Positions 10,758 through 22,572 of a DNA stretch of 64,000 bases are shown piece after piece. A program made the position numbers and the translations under genes. Origin of the DNA: Bacteroidota bacterium (lineage in GTDB: Bacteria; Bacteroidota; Bacteroidia; 2-12-FULL-35-15); the NCBI GenBank assembly GCA_947447995.1, contig CANFLQ010000002.1:14002-78001 (forward strand), given 5' to 3'. The stretch's first letter is position 1, and every line of letters starts with the position of its first letter. Below the pieces are notes generated by a model. That model saw only the letters and a program-made list of their open reading frames with translations, had not been told where the DNA came from and searched no databases.

Positions 10758-13307
10758 ATGGCAGACGGAGAAAAAATTATTCAAATTAACATCGAGCAGG
10801 AAATGAAGTCGGCTTACATTGATTATTCAATGTCGGTAATTGTTTCGCGTGCTTTACCCGATGTAAGAGATGGTTTAAAACCGGTTCACAGAAGGGTATT
10901 GTATGGTATGCTTGATTTGGGTGTTGCTTCTAATAAGCCTCATAAAAAATCGGCACGTATTGTTGGTGAGGTATTGGGTAAATACCATCCACATGGCGAT
11001 ACGTCTGTTTACGATGCAATGGTGCGTATGGCTCAGGATTGGAGTTTGCGTTATCCTTTGGTTGACGGACAAGGTAACTATGGTTCTGTTGATGGTGATA
11101 GTCCGGCAGCAATGCGTTATACCGAAGCTCGTTTGAAAAAAATGGCAGAGGAAATGCTTGGCGATATTGAAAAAGATACGGTTGATTTTCGTCCAAATTT
11201 TGATGATAGTTTAACAGAACCAACCGTTTTACCTACACGTATTCCTAATTTGTTGATTAATGGTGCTTCCGGTATTGCAGTGGGGATGGCAACCAATATG
11301 CCACCACATAATTTAACCGAGATTGTTAATGCTACTATTGCATATATCGATAACCGTGAAATTGATGTTGCGGGATTAATGCAGTATGTAAAAGCTCCGG
11401 ATTTTCCTACAGGAGGAATTATTTACGGTTACGAAGGTGTTAAAGATGCTTTTGAAACTGGTCGCGGACGTATTGTAATGCGTGCTCAAACAACTATTGA
11501 AATTACAGACGCTGGACGTGAACGTATCATTGTAAACCAAATTCCTTTTCAAATCAATAAAGCCGAAATGATTAGAAAAACGGCTGATTTGATTAATGAT
11601 AAAAAAATTGAAGGTATTTCAGATATTCGTGATGAATCGGATAGAGATGGGATGCGTATTGTTTATGAAATTAAACGCGATGCCATTACCAATGTAGTAT
11701 TAAATAATTTATTCAAATATACCGAATTACAAACATCTTTTAGTGTAAACAACATTGCTTTGGTTGGCGGCCGACCAATGATGTTGAACTTGAAAGATAT
11801 GATTGTTCATTTTGTAGCTCACCGTCATGATGTGGTTACCCGCAGAACCAAATTTGAATTACTTCAGGCGGAAAAACGTGCACATATTCTTCAAGGATAT
11901 TTAATTGCTTTAGATCATTTGGACGAAGTAATTAAGTTGATTAGAGAATCATCAACACCAAGTGAAGCGCAAGAAGGTTTAATGTCGAGATTTGGCTTGA
12001 GTGAAATTCAATCAAAAGCAATTTTGGAAATGCGTTTGCGCGTATTAACCGGACTGGAAAGAGACAAGATTAAAGCAGAATACGAAGAGTTAATGAAATT
12101 GATTGATTACTTAAAATCAATTTTAAATGATGAAACGTTAAGAATGAAAATTATTACCGACGAACTTTTAGAAATTAAAGAAAAATACGGTGATGAGCGT
12201 AAAACTCAAATTGTATACGCTTCCGGCGATTTTAAAATTGAAGATATGATTGCTAATGAAGAGATAGTAGTTACTATTTCTCACATGGGTTATATTAAGC
12301 GTACAGCTTTATCGGAATACCGCACTCAGGCTCGTGGAGGCAAAGGAGCCAAAGGTACTACCACGCGCGATGCTGATTTTATCGAACATTTATTTATAGC
12401 ATCCACACATAATTATTTATTGTTGTTTACCGAACAAGGTCGTTGTTTCTGGATGCGTGCATTTGAAGTCCCTGAAGGAACTCGTCAATCTAAAGGACGC
12501 GCTATTCAAAATCTAATTAACATACCATCTGATGATAAAGTAAAAGCATTTATTAATGTTACTAGCCTTTCGGATGAGGAATACATCAATAATAATTACA
12601 TTATTATGTGTACCAAAAATGGCATCATCAAAAAAACAACATTGGAAGCATATTCTCGTCCTCGTCAAAATGGTATCAATGCAATAACAGTGCGTGAAGG
12701 CGACACTTTATTGGAAGTATTATTAACAGATGGTAAAAATGAAATAATGCTTGCTTCAAAAGCCGGTAAAATTGTTCGTTTTAATGAAGAAAATGTTCGC
12801 CCGATGGGACGTAACGCTTCAGGTGTAAGAGGAATTAATGTTGGGGATGAAAAAGATAATGAAGTGATTGGTATGATAGCTATTTCTGATCCATTATCCA
12901 ATGTTATGGTGGTTTCTGAAAAAGGATACGGTAAACGTTCTGATATTGAAGAATACCGTGTAACTAAACGTGGAGGTAAAGGAGTTAAAACCATTAATAT
13001 TACTGAAAAAACAGGTAATTTAATTGCTATCAAAGATGTAACGGATAATGATGGATTAATGATTATTAATAAATCAGGTATTATTATTCGTTTGGCTGTT
13101 TCTGAATTGCGTGTGATTGGACGTGCTACTCAAGGTGTACGTTTAATTAATATGAAAGCTACCGATGAAATTGCTGCTGTAAGTAAAGTAGATAAGGAAG
13201 AAATTATCGATGAGGAAGCAGAAGCAAATCCGGAAAATGGCATAGAAAATGGTACTTCTGACGAAACAGGAACTGAAGGCGAAGAACCATCAAACATTAC
13301 AGAATAA
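10758..13307 (+). CDS. gyrA: DNA gyrase subunit A.
   Basis: [28 protein letters not shown] and the catalytic-Tyr region [11 protein letters not shown]-terminal beta-pinwheel repeats and an acidic tail. Confidence 0.95.
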   Translation: MADGEKIIQINIEQEMKSAYIDYSMSVIVSRALPDVRDGLKPVHRRVLYGMLDLGVASNKPHKKSARIVGEVLGKYHPHGDTSVYDAMVRMAQDWSLRYPLVDGQGNYGSVDGDSPAAMRYTEARLKKMAEEMLGDIEKDTVDFRPNFDDSLTEPTVLPTRIPNLLINGASGIAVGMATNMPPHNLTEIVNATIAYIDNREIDVAGLMQYVKAPDFPTGGIIYGYEGVKDAFETGRGRIVMRAQTTIEITDAGRERIIVNQIPFQINKAEMIRKTADLINDKKIEGISDIRDESDRDGMRIVYEIKRDAITNVVLNNLFKYTELQTSFSVNNIALVGGRPMMLNLKDMIVHFVAHRHDVVTRRTKFELLQAEKRAHILQGYLIALDHLDEVIKLIRESSTPSEAQEGLMSRFGLSEIQSKAILEMRLRVLTGLERDKIKAEYEELMKLIDYLKSILNDETLRMKIITDELLEIKEKYGDERKTQIVYASGDFKIEDMIANEEIVVTISHMGYIKRTALSEYRTQARGGKGAKGTTTRDADFIEHLFIASTHNYLLLFTEQGRCFWMRAFEVPEGTRQSKGRAIQNLINIPSDDKVKAFINVTSLSDEEYINNNYIIMCTKNGIIKKTTLEAYSRPRQNGINAITVREGDTLLEVLLTDGKNEIMLASKAGKIVRFNEENVRPMGRNASGVRGINVGDEKDNEVIGMIAISDPLSNVMVVSEKGYGKRSDIEEYRVTKRGGKGVKTINITEKTGNLIAIKDVTDNDGLMIINKSGIIIRLAVSELRVIGRATQGVRLINMKATDEIAAVSKVDKEEIIDEEAEANPENGIENGTSDETGTEGEEPSNITE

Positions 13308-13340
13308 TAGGTTTTAAATAAAAAACAGAAAAATAAAGTT

Positions 13341-13377
13341 CCATTCTGCTTCCCTTAGCGGGATGGAATTTTTTTAA
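13341..13377 (+). terminator. Intrinsic terminator after gyrA.
   Basis: Imperfect stem TTCCATTCTGC...GCGGGATGGAA followed by T7. Confidence 0.5.
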
Positions 13378-13394
13378 ACATTAAAAAAAACAAC

Positions 13395-14654
13395 ATGAAA
13401 AAAATAGCATTGTTATTATTGGCTACAACACCTGTTTTTTCGGTGTATTCTCAAAAATCAAAAGGATATAACGCAGTAAATTATTATAAAGATTATACAG
13501 CAACGAAGGATGTAGAATCATTAAATAAAGCCAAAGAAAATGTTGATTTGGCATCTGAACATGAAGATACAAAGGACAATGCAAAAGTTCAAATTGTAAA
13601 AGGACAGATATATTTTGCTTTGTACGAGTTAAATAAAAAAGCACAGGAAGAGTTGCTGGTGCAAAGTATCCCAGATGCAAATAAAAGGGCTTTTTCTGCA
13701 TTTCAGATTACTCCAACAGCTGATTTAGAAACAGCTTATAAAGCTTTTGAAAAAGGAAGAGCTTTGGATACAAAAGGGGAGTATAGCAATGAATTAAAAA
13801 TGGAAAGAAATATAGGGATATATTACGATAATACCGGACGTGCTAATTTGAATGCGAAAAAATTTACTAACGCATTAAATGCCTTTGAAAAAGCGTACGA
13901 AATAGGAGGCTTTTCAAAAACAGATACTACTTTGCTTTATTATTGTGCTTTGTCTGCTGAGTATTCAAATGAATTTGAAAAGGCTAAAAATTACTATCAA
14001 AAATTGATTGATACCAAACATATACCGGAAAATACGTATTCATCACTTGTAGAAGTATATCTGAATTTAAAAGATACAGTAGCAGCAATGGATGCTTTAA
14101 AAAAGGGAAGAACGGAGTTTCCTAATAATATTGGCTTGGTAATTAAGGAGGCTAATTATTTTTTAAAAACCAATAACAGTGCAAAAGCATTGAATAATAT
14201 GAACATTGCAATTAATGCAAGACCTAATGATGCTAATTTATATTTGGTAAGAGGTAATATTTATGATAACCTTGCAAACCCTAAAGATGCTATGGGTAAA
14301 GAACTTGATAAACCAAGTGATTATGAAAATAACATTAAAATGGCCGAAGCGGATTACAAAAAGGTAATTGAATTAAAACCCGATAATTTCGATGCTTTAT
14401 TTAATCTAGGTGTATTGTACAACAATCAGGGGGTTACTTTTAATAAACTAGCTGATGGTATAGTGGACAATGTAAAAAACGCAGCTATGAATGCTAAGGC
14501 AACTGCTCAATTTGAAAAAGGTATTCCTGTTTTTGAAAAAGCGTTGCAGTTAAATCCAACAGATAGAAATACAATGATTGCATTAAAACAAATATATGCA
14601 CGCTTACAAATATTGGATAAATTAAAAGCAATAAACGAGAAGTTGGGCAAATAA
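13395..14654 (+). CDS. TPR-repeat protein with a signal peptide.
   Basis: Signal peptide MKKIALLLLATTPVFSVYSQ. Multiple TPR-like helical repeats. Confidence 0.7.
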   Translation: MKKIALLLLATTPVFSVYSQKSKGYNAVNYYKDYTATKDVESLNKAKENVDLASEHEDTKDNAKVQIVKGQIYFALYELNKKAQEELLVQSIPDANKRAFSAFQITPTADLETAYKAFEKGRALDTKGEYSNELKMERNIGIYYDNTGRANLNAKKFTNALNAFEKAYEIGGFSKTDTTLLYYCALSAEYSNEFEKAKNYYQKLIDTKHIPENTYSSLVEVYLNLKDTVAAMDALKKGRTEFPNNIGLVIKEANYFLKTNNSAKALNNMNIAINARPNDANLYLVRGNIYDNLANPKDAMGKELDKPSDYENNIKMAEADYKKVIELKPDNFDALFNLGVLYNNQGVTFNKLADGIVDNVKNAAMNAKATAQFEKGIPVFEKALQLNPTDRNTMIALKQIYARLQILDKLKAINEKLGK

Positions 14655-14750
14655 TAATCCAAATGATTTATACTTATTTTTTTTGATTTATCTCAATTTA
14701 CAACATCATTTTTTTGATATCCCAACAAGTATTTTAAATTTTTGTATGAA

Positions 14751-14785
14751 GTAAAGGCTATTGAAAGTATTTCAATAGCCTTTAC
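14751..14785. other. Perfect hairpin with 16-bp arms and a 3-nt loop, no downstream U-tract.
   Basis: GTAAAGGCTATTGAAA gta TTTCAATAGCCTTTAC. It lies 96 bp after the TPR gene stop and about 70 bp before queE. Confidence 0.4.
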
Positions 14786-14855
14786 TTAAATCCCTTATAT
14801 TATTTATCTTTAAAATCAATAATTACTCACCTGTTATTTATTAAAAATATAAAAA

Positions 14856-15491
14856 TTGGAAACAAAACCATATAAAACATTATTAGAAAAAGGTTTGGAA
14901 TTACCATTAATGGAAGAGTTTTACACCATACAAGGCGAAGGATTCCATTCAGGTAAACCCGCTTATTTTATAAGAGTAGGAGGTTGCGATGTTGGTTGCC
15001 ATTGGTGCGATGTGAAAGAAAGTTGGGACGCGTCATTACATCCGCTTACGTCTGTAGATATAATCATTGAAACCACAAAACAATTTCCTGCAAAAGCCGT
15101 TGTTGTTACTGGCGGTGAACCAAGTATGTATAATTTGGAATACATTACCCAACAATTTAAAAATGCAGGTATTCAAACATTTATAGAAACTTCTGGGGCT
15201 TATTCATTAACTGGTATTTGGGATTGGGTATGTCTTTCTCCTAAAAAAACGAGTGAACCTTTACCTGAGAATTTTTTAAAAGCGAACGAATTAAAAGTGA
15301 TTGTTCATAATAAAAATGATTTTGAATGGGCGGAAAAAAATGCCATACACGTTAGTGCTGATTGTAAATTATTTCTTCAACCTGAATGGAGTAAAAGTAA
15401 AGATATTATGCCAATGATTGTAGATTATGTCATGGCGCATCCTAAGTGGAATGTATCTTTACAAACCCATAAATATATGAATATCCCATAA
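14856..15491 (+). CDS. queE: 7-carboxy-7-deazaguanine synthase QueE (radical SAM).
   Basis: FYTIQGEG...FIRVGGCDVGCHWCD (Cx3Cx2C). The ORF has a TTG start at 14856; the true start could be the ATG at 14910. Confidence 0.8.
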   Translation: METKPYKTLLEKGLELPLMEEFYTIQGEGFHSGKPAYFIRVGGCDVGCHWCDVKESWDASLHPLTSVDIIIETTKQFPAKAVVVTGGEPSMYNLEYITQQFKNAGIQTFIETSGAYSLTGIWDWVCLSPKKTSEPLPENFLKANELKVIVHNKNDFEWAEKNAIHVSADCKLFLQPEWSKSKDIMPMIVDYVMAHPKWNVSLQTHKYMNIP

Positions 15492-15511
15492 GTTTGAAAC
15501 TGGCTTAATAA

Positions 15512-17476
15512 TTGAATATTAAAATTATGAAACATATTTTTATTGCAACCTTTACTATTCTTTTCTTCTTAACTTGTAAAGCTCAATTGGCTCCAGGGCA
15601 ATATACTACCACCAATAAAAAAGCTATTTCATATTACGAAGATGGGCTCATTTATTTTCAACGTGGTGATAGTGAAAAAGCCATTGCAGAAGCCAGTAAA
15701 GCAATTGAAAAAGATGCAGAATTTGTAGAACCCCACTGCTTGCTTGCCGAAATATACCAAACTAATAAAAAGAACCAAAATGCTATTGCTGAGTATATTA
15801 AAGCTATTCAAATAAATCCAAACTTTAATAATAGCCTATTTTTTAATCTTGCTCAATTAGAAATGGTAGAAGGCAAATTTGAAGATGCTAAAAAGGATTA
15901 TGAACAATTTTTAAAAAAACAATATGTTAATCCCAATTCAAAGGATATTGCATTAAGGCAGATTGACAATTGCACGTTTGCCATTAATGCTATAAAAAAA
16001 CCTGTACCTTTTGAACCTAAAAATATGGGAGATGGTATAAACTCTATGTTCGATGAGTATTTCCCCGCTGTTACTGCTGATGCTCAAACATTTTTGTTTA
16101 CCCGTAACAACAGAACAGAAACAATTCCCATGCAAGAAGATTTTTTGATTAGTAAAAAAGAAAATAATATTTGGTCAAAAGCAGCCTTAATTGGTAATGG
16201 AATAAACACTTTCGGTAATGAAGGTGCGCCTAGTTTATCATCCGACGGACAATTATTGTTTTTTGTTGCTTGTGCCGAAATTGATGGAAGTTATGGTTCT
16301 AACAGAAAAGGTTTTGGTAGTTGTGATATTTTTTACACTCAAAAAGTGGGTAACAATTGGGCTAAACCTTACAACATGAATCCTCCAATAAGTACACAAT
16401 TTTACGAAACTCAACCATCATTTGCAGCTGATGGTAAAACGCTTTATTTTGTAAGTAATCGTCCGGGAGGAATGGGAAGTACCGACATTTATGTTTCTAC
16501 ACTTAAAGACAATGGTAGTTGGAGCATGCCTCTAAATTTAGGCAACAAAGTAAATTCAAAAGAAAAGGAAGAGTCGGTATTTATTCACCCCGATGGCAAA
16601 ACCCTTTATTTTGGTTCTGCGGGACATACAGGAATGGGAGGTTTGGATATTTATGTTTCCCGAATGGATGAAAACGGTATTTGGGGAGAGCCTGTAAATT
16701 TAGGTTACCCTATTAATACTCCAGGTGATGAAAACAGCTTAGTTGTAGGCGCTTCAGGCGATCTTGCTTATTTTGCATCTAATCGTCCAGGTGGATATGG
16801 TGGATTAGACGTATACCAATTTGATTTATATGAAGCTGCCCGTCCTGGAAAAATTACTTATGTAAAAGGTAAAGTATATGATGCCAAAACAAATAAGCCG
16901 CTTGGTGCTCACTTTGAATTGATTGACTTGGCTACAGCCAAATCAGTTATTGTTTCTGATGCCAACAGCGGTAATGGAGAGTTTTTAGTTACCCTTCCGG
17001 TAGATAAAAATTACGCACTAAATGTTACGCATCCTGGCTATTTATTTTATTCCGAAAATTTTGCTTTAAAAGAATATTCTGAAAAGACTAAACCGTTTTT
17101 AATGAATGTACCTTTATTGTCATTAGATTCGGGAAGTGTGGTGGAGCTTAAAAATGTGTTTTTTGAAACGGCTAAATTTGACCTGAAACCAGAATCAAAA
17201 GTAGAGTTAAATAAATTAGTATCTTTTTTAAATTTGAATAAAACCTTGCGTATTGAGTTAGGAGGACATACCGATAATGTAGGTGATAAAAAAATGAACC
17301 AAATACTTTCTCAAAACCGTTCTAAATCTGTTTATGACTATTTAGTTGCCAATGGTATTGAAGCCAAACGTTTAGCCTACAAAGGTTATGGAGATACTAA
17401 ACCAAAAGTAAACAATGATACCGAAGAGCACCGCGCAATAAATAGAAGAACGGAGTTTAAAGTTATTGGTAAATAA
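15512..17476 (+). CDS. OmpA-family protein with N-terminal TPR, a TolB-like beta-propeller and a C-terminal OmpA domain.
   Basis: Signal peptide, TPR region, and repeated PGG/GG.DIY motifs. C-terminus NVFFETAKFDL...GHTDNVGDKKMNQILSQNRSKSVYDYL...NRRTEFKV. Confidence 0.75.
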   Translation: MNIKIMKHIFIATFTILFFLTCKAQLAPGQYTTTNKKAISYYEDGLIYFQRGDSEKAIAEASKAIEKDAEFVEPHCLLAEIYQTNKKNQNAIAEYIKAIQINPNFNNSLFFNLAQLEMVEGKFEDAKKDYEQFLKKQYVNPNSKDIALRQIDNCTFAINAIKKPVPFEPKNMGDGINSMFDEYFPAVTADAQTFLFTRNNRTETIPMQEDFLISKKENNIWSKAALIGNGINTFGNEGAPSLSSDGQLLFFVACAEIDGSYGSNRKGFGSCDIFYTQKVGNNWAKPYNMNPPISTQFYETQPSFAADGKTLYFVSNRPGGMGSTDIYVSTLKDNGSWSMPLNLGNKVNSKEKEESVFIHPDGKTLYFGSAGHTGMGGLDIYVSRMDENGIWGEPVNLGYPINTPGDENSLVVGASGDLAYFASNRPGGYGGLDVYQFDLYEAARPGKITYVKGKVYDAKTNKPLGAHFELIDLATAKSVIVSDANSGNGEFLVTLPVDKNYALNVTHPGYLFYSENFALKEYSEKTKPFLMNVPLLSLDSGSVVELKNVFFETAKFDLKPESKVELNKLVSFLNLNKTLRIELGGHTDNVGDKKMNQILSQNRSKSVYDYLVANGIEAKRLAYKGYGDTKPKVNNDTEEHRAINRRTEFKVIGK

Positions 17477-17678
17477 ATAATGAAGTTAAGGGAATAATTT
17501 TAAATTTTAGTTTGTAGGAGTTGAATCTAAAACGCAAAAGGTTGAATTAGAAAATAGCAAACATGAATAAGAAACCTTTCTTTTCCGATTGGAAACAAGG
17601 CGGAATAAATAGAAATAGAGCTAAGTTAGATTGGAACATGCACTTTTTGGTTTTAGCAAACTCCTAAAAAATAATATT

Positions 17679-18164
17679 ATGGCACTAAAAACAACAGATT
17701 TATGCGATGCGCACCCTGATAAAGTTCAGGTGGCAGAACCAATTGGTTTTAAAGATTATGGCGGTAAAAAAGTATTTGCCGGTAAAATAGTAACCCTTAA
17801 AATGTTTGAAGCAAACCCTTTGGTTCGTAAAACATTGGAAAAAAACGGTAACGGATCCATATTAGTAGTAGATGGTGGCGCATCCATGCGTTGCGCCATG
17901 CTGGGCGACCAGCTGGGTGAACTTGCCGTAAAAAACAATTGGAGTGGCGTAATTATTTACGGTTGTGTTCGTGATTCGGCCGACCTTGCAAAATTGAATC
18001 TTGGTGTTAAAGCTTTAAACACACATCCTATGAAAAGCGCAAGAACATTGGAAGGGCAGGAGAACATTGCTGTTCGTTTTGCTGGTACCACTTTTAATCC
18101 CGGCGAATTTGTTTATTGTGATGAGGATGGAATCATCATTTCAAAGGAAGCTTTGAGTTTATAA
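17679..18164 (+). CDS. RraA family protein (RNase E regulator / 4-hydroxy-4-methyl-2-oxoglutarate aldolase-like).
   Basis: MALKTTDLCDAHPDKV...VVDGGAS.RCAMLGDQLG. The listed ORF starts at 17631; the internal ATG at 17679 is the likely start. Confidence 0.75.
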   Translation: MALKTTDLCDAHPDKVQVAEPIGFKDYGGKKVFAGKIVTLKMFEANPLVRKTLEKNGNGSILVVDGGASMRCAMLGDQLGELAVKNNWSGVIIYGCVRDSADLAKLNLGVKALNTHPMKSARTLEGQENIAVRFAGTTFNPGEFVYCDEDGIIISKEALSL

Positions 18165-18228
18165 AAAACAGCTAAACTTTTTGTAATATTTTTGAACAGT
18201 TCGGGAGGGTTTTTCTATCTTTGCGCTC

Positions 18229-19761
18229 ATGCAAGAAACAATATTAATTCTCGATTTCGGATCACAATACACACAGTTGATAGCACGCAGAGTGAGAGAG
18301 CTCAACGTATATTGCGAGATTCATCCTTTCAATAAAATTCCAGAAATTACAAATAACATAAAAGGGATTATACTGTCGGGTAGCCCTTTTTCAGTTCGTG
18401 ATCCTCAATCGCCCAACCCCAATTTATCTGTTTTTAAAGGAAAATTACCTTTGTTGGGTGTTTGTTATGGAGCTCAGTTAATGGCGCAAAAATTTGGTGG
18501 CGAAGTATTGCCTTCAAAACACCGCGAATATGGTCGAGCTAATTTATCATTTGTAAACAGAGAAAGCGAACTTTTTAAAGGTATCAGTGATAATTCGCAG
18601 GTGTGGATGAGCCATGCAGATACCATCACCAAAATACCTGATAATTACGAGATTATATCCAGTACCAAAGATGTAAAGTTTGCCGGATATAGCGTAAAAG
18701 GTGAAAAAACGTATGGAATTCAATTTCATCCGGAAGTATACCATTCTACCGAAGGCGCTATACTTTTAAAAAATTTTTGTGTAGATATTTGTGCTTGCTC
18801 ACAAAACTGGACGCCCGATTCATTTGTTGATACTACCGTAAATGACTTAAAAAAACAATTGGGTAACGATAAAGTGGTTTTAGGACTTAGCGGAGGAGTA
18901 GATTCAAGCGTTGCAGCTGTTTTATTGCACAAAGCCATCGGTAAAAATTTGTTTTGCATTTTTGTAGATAATGGTTTGTTACGTAAAAATGAATTTGAAA
19001 CTGTGTTGGATTCATACAAGCACATGGGCTTAAACGTAAAAGGTGTAAATGCAAAGGATCGTTTTTATGAAGCCCTTTCAGGATTGGTTGACCCCGAATT
19101 AAAACGCAAAGCAATTGGCAAAGTTTTTATTGATGTATTTGATGATGAATCAAAACAAATACAAAATGTAAAATGGTTGGCTCAGGGAACAATTTATCCC
19201 GATGTTATTGAGTCTGTATCTGTTAATGGCGGACCATCGGCTACCATCAAATCTCACCACAATGTAGGAGGTTTACCCGATTATATGAAATTGAAAGTGG
19301 TGGAACCTTTACGTTTATTATTTAAAGATGAAGTGCGTAGAGTGGGCAAGTCGCTACATATTGATGATGCTATTTTGGACAGACATCCATTTCCTGGTCC
19401 TGGTTTAGCTATACGTATTTTAGGAGATATTACACTTGATAAAGTACGTATATTACAAGAAGTAGATTATATATTTATTGATAATTTAAAAACATCGGGT
19501 TTATATAAGGATGTGTGGCAAGCTGGCGCCATTTTTCTTCCAGTTAATTCGGTTGGAGTTATGGGTGATGAGCGTACTTATGAAAATGCAGTGGCATTAC
19601 GTGCTGTAACGTCTACAGATGGCATGACGGCTGATTGGTGTCATTTACCGTATGATTTTTTAGGTAAAGTATCTAATGAAATTATTAATAAAGTAAAAGG
19701 CATAAATCGTGTTGTTTACGATATAAGCTCTAAACCGCCTGCTACCATTGAATGGGAATAG
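18229..19761 (+). CDS. guaA: GMP synthase (glutamine-hydrolysing).
   Basis: GATase1 N-terminus ([27 protein letters not shown]) and ATP-PPase SGGVDSSV. C-terminus PATIEWE. Confidence 0.95.
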   Translation: MQETILILDFGSQYTQLIARRVRELNVYCEIHPFNKIPEITNNIKGIILSGSPFSVRDPQSPNPNLSVFKGKLPLLGVCYGAQLMAQKFGGEVLPSKHREYGRANLSFVNRESELFKGISDNSQVWMSHADTITKIPDNYEIISSTKDVKFAGYSVKGEKTYGIQFHPEVYHSTEGAILLKNFCVDICACSQNWTPDSFVDTTVNDLKKQLGNDKVVLGLSGGVDSSVAAVLLHKAIGKNLFCIFVDNGLLRKNEFETVLDSYKHMGLNVKGVNAKDRFYEALSGLVDPELKRKAIGKVFIDVFDDESKQIQNVKWLAQGTIYPDVIESVSVNGGPSATIKSHHNVGGLPDYMKLKVVEPLRLLFKDEVRRVGKSLHIDDAILDRHPFPGPGLAIRILGDITLDKVRILQEVDYIFIDNLKTSGLYKDVWQAGAIFLPVNSVGVMGDERTYENAVALRAVTSTDGMTADWCHLPYDFLGKVSNEIINKVKGINRVVYDISSKPPATIEWE

Positions 19762-19787
19762 AATGAATTATATTTAAAAATTGAAAA

Positions 19788-21635
19788 TTGAAAATCAAGA
19801 ACACTCTTCATTTATTACACCGACCTTCATTTAAAATTAATTGCAGGTCGCTCTTCGTATTTCGTACTTGGTATTTATTACTTTTTTTCTTACTTAATAT
19901 TCTGAGTTCCTATTCTCAGGATAAACAAACACCACAAATTAACAAAAGCAAAAAAGTGGAGACAATTTCAGGTGTTAAATACATTTTACATACTGTAGAA
20001 CAAGGACAAACACTTTACGCAATTGCAAAAGTATATGAGCGCAATTTAAGTGATATTGTTATTGATAATCCCACTGTAATTGATGGTATAAAACCCGGGC
20101 AAGTTCTTAAAATTTCGACCGAAAAACCTAAAAAAATAATACTGAGTCCAATTGCTGAAAGTGCAAATATGGCAGGCGTAAAATTACATAAAGTGGAACA
20201 AGGGCAAACCTTATATGCTTTATCAAAATTATATGGAACTTCGGTTGAAAAATTATTGGAATTAAATCCGGAATTAAAAGAAGGATTGAAAATAGGACAA
20301 ACATTAAAAGTATCTGATGCAGAATTGAAAGCAAATAAAACTACTGATTTTAAACCTTCAATACCTATTATTGAAACTAAATACCCCTCTTCAAAAGAAG
20401 TGATTAGCCCTCAGCCTAAAATTCAACAGGATTCAAAAGCTAAAGAATATGTAGCAATGGGAACTGCAAACAAACCCGAATTAAGTCCCCCTATTTCTGC
20501 AATAGAAAAATCAATGATGTATTCAGGCGCAAAAAAGGATCAATATAAAATTGCATTCTTTTTACCTTTCCATGCCGAAGAGGCAAACGCAATAGAACAA
20601 CAAAAATTAATTAGTGGAGAACAACAATTACCTAATAAAACAACTGTAGCGCTCCAGTTTTATGAAGGAGCTTTGCTAGCAATTGATTCATTAAAAAAAC
20701 TGAAATTAAATGCTAAGATTTTTGTTTACGACATTGATGATTCCGATTCATTAAACATGTTAACTCTCTTAAAAAAAACGGAGTTAGCTGAAATGGATTT
20801 AATGATAGGTCCACTTTATGGCTCAAGTTTTATGCCTATTTCAAAATTTGCAAAAGAACATAAAATCCCTATTATTTCTCCATTTACTCAAATTAACAAA
20901 ATATTATTTGACAACCCTTTTGTTTGTAAAGTTTTACCTTCTAATACTTTACAAGTAGAACAGTTAGCTCATTTTGTTGTAGACTCATTTCACACCCAAA
21001 ACATTATTCTTATTAACAATGGTAATGCTAAAGAGGTATCATTTTATAACTCATTTAAAAACACTTCAAAACTTGCTATGTTAGATAAAAAACACTCAGT
21101 GTTAGATACAGTTAAAGAAGCTAAAAACTTTCCTGTTATGCAAGGTTTATTGAGTTCTAGTAAAACAAATGTCATTATTTTACCTTCTAATAGTCAATCT
21201 TACGTAACTGAATTTATAAGTAGACTAAGTTCTTTACAGGATAAAAATAAGATTGTGCTTTTTGGACTTCAAAACTGGATAAACTATGACAATTTAGATT
21301 TTGAATATTTAAACAGTTTAGCATTGCATATTCCATCAAGTAACAATATTGATTTTCAAAATAATGCAACAAAATTTTTTGTAAATAATTATCGTGAAAA
21401 ATATAAAACAGAACCAGAGTTGTACTCCTATAACGGATTTGATATAACTTATTGCTTTCTTTCGGCTTTACAGAAATATGGTAGTGGTTTTTTGAATAAT
21501 ATTAAAGAAATTAATTATAAAGGAATTGCATCTAATTTTAATTTTATTCAATCAATTTCTAATAAAAGTGGATTTGAAAATAAATTGGTAATAATTCTGA
21601 AATATGATAAATACAAGTTGGTAAAAGCTAACTAA
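19788..21635 (+). CDS. LysM-domain protein (two LysM) with a C-terminal periplasmic substrate-binding-like domain.
   Basis: Two LysM copies, VEQGQTLYAIAKVY and VEQGQTLYALSKLYG. The C-terminal ~380 aa resembles a type-I PBP fold. The start codon is uncertain. Confidence 0.65.
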   Translation: MKIKNTLHLLHRPSFKINCRSLFVFRTWYLLLFFLLNILSSYSQDKQTPQINKSKKVETISGVKYILHTVEQGQTLYAIAKVYERNLSDIVIDNPTVIDGIKPGQVLKISTEKPKKIILSPIAESANMAGVKLHKVEQGQTLYALSKLYGTSVEKLLELNPELKEGLKIGQTLKVSDAELKANKTTDFKPSIPIIETKYPSSKEVISPQPKIQQDSKAKEYVAMGTANKPELSPPISAIEKSMMYSGAKKDQYKIAFFLPFHAEEANAIEQQKLISGEQQLPNKTTVALQFYEGALLAIDSLKKLKLNAKIFVYDIDDSDSLNMLTLLKKTELAEMDLMIGPLYGSSFMPISKFAKEHKIPIISPFTQINKILFDNPFVCKVLPSNTLQVEQLAHFVVDSFHTQNIILINNGNAKEVSFYNSFKNTSKLAMLDKKHSVLDTVKEAKNFPVMQGLLSSSKTNVIILPSNSQSYVTEFISRLSSLQDKNKIVLFGLQNWINYDNLDFEYLNSLALHIPSSNNIDFQNNATKFFVNNYREKYKTEPELYSYNGFDITYCFLSALQKYGSGFLNNIKEINYKGIASNFNFIQSISNKSGFENKLVIILKYDKYKLVKAN

Positions 21636-21638
21636 ATT

Positions 21639-22553
21639 ATGAAAGAAGAAATAACCGAATGGTTCAAATCTCTACAAGATAATATTTGCAAAGCACTTGA
21701 AAGTGAAGACGCTAGCGGATTTTCAAAATCAGAGGTGAAATTTAAAGAAGATAATTGGTTACGAGAAGAAGGTGGCGGAGGAAGAACCCGTATTTTTCAG
21801 GATGGAAATATTATTGAAAAAGGAGGCGTTAATTTTTCTGCTGTTTATGGAGATGTTCCTGTTTTTTTAAAAAACGAGGATTCTAATTCTACAACTGTAA
21901 ATTCTTCAAAAGACACTTTTTATGCTACCGGTATTTCCATTGTAATACATCCCAAAAATCCTATGTTACCTATCATTCACATGAATGTAAGGTATTTTGA
22001 AATGAGCAATGGTGTTTGGTGGTTTGGTGGAGGAATTGATCTTACACCACATTATGTTGATGAAGAAGATGCTCGGTTTTTTCATTTTTCGTTAAAAACC
22101 GCTTGCGATAAACATCAACCAAATTATTATACAGATTTTAAAAAGTGGGCCGATGACTATTTCTATATTACTCATCGTAAGGAAACCAGAGGAGTAGGAG
22201 GGATATTTTTTGATAGACTAAACTCCTCAAATAAAGAAGATTTGTTTGCATTTGTAAAAGAGGTAGGCAATTCATTTGCACCTATTTACACGCATTTAAT
22301 GGCGAAAAATAAAAATATAACTTATACAGAATTAAATAAACAATGGCAATTGATAAGAAGAGGCCGATATGTAGAGTTTAATTTGGTGTACGACAAAGGT
22401 ACTAAATTTGGTTTAGAAACAAATGGAAGAATTGAATCCATTTTAATGAGTTTGCCTTTAAATGCAAGTTGGGTTTATAATTTTGAACCCATGTCAAACA
22501 GTCGTGAAGAACAGACTTTATCTTTGCTAAAAAAAGGCATAGATTGGATATAA
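21639..22553 (+). CDS. hemF: Oxygen-dependent coproporphyrinogen III oxidase.
   Basis: EEGGGGRTRIF...GGVNFSAV.G...HPKNPM.P..H.N.RYFE typical of HemF. Starts 4 bp after the upstream stop. Confidence 0.9.
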   Translation: MKEEITEWFKSLQDNICKALESEDASGFSKSEVKFKEDNWLREEGGGGRTRIFQDGNIIEKGGVNFSAVYGDVPVFLKNEDSNSTTVNSSKDTFYATGISIVIHPKNPMLPIIHMNVRYFEMSNGVWWFGGGIDLTPHYVDEEDARFFHFSLKTACDKHQPNYYTDFKKWADDYFYITHRKETRGVGGIFFDRLNSSNKEDLFAFVKEVGNSFAPIYTHLMAKNKNITYTELNKQWQLIRRGRYVEFNLVYDKGTKFGLETNGRIESILMSLPLNASWVYNFEPMSNSREEQTLSLLKKGIDWI

Positions 22554-22572
22554 ATAATATCAACGTATTAAA

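Noticed and set aside
14655-14855. Possible preQ1 riboswitch upstream of queE.
   Set aside because: The 16-bp perfect hairpin and following sequence do not fit the preQ1-I structure (short 5-bp stem with a conserved loop and A-rich tail) or the preQ1-II consensus. More likely a terminator or other hairpin.
17563-17667. 34-aa ORF (MNKKPFFSDWKQGG...) upstream of the RraA-family gene.
   Set aside because: No ribosome-binding site context and no conserved motif. Likely a chance ORF in a 5' region.
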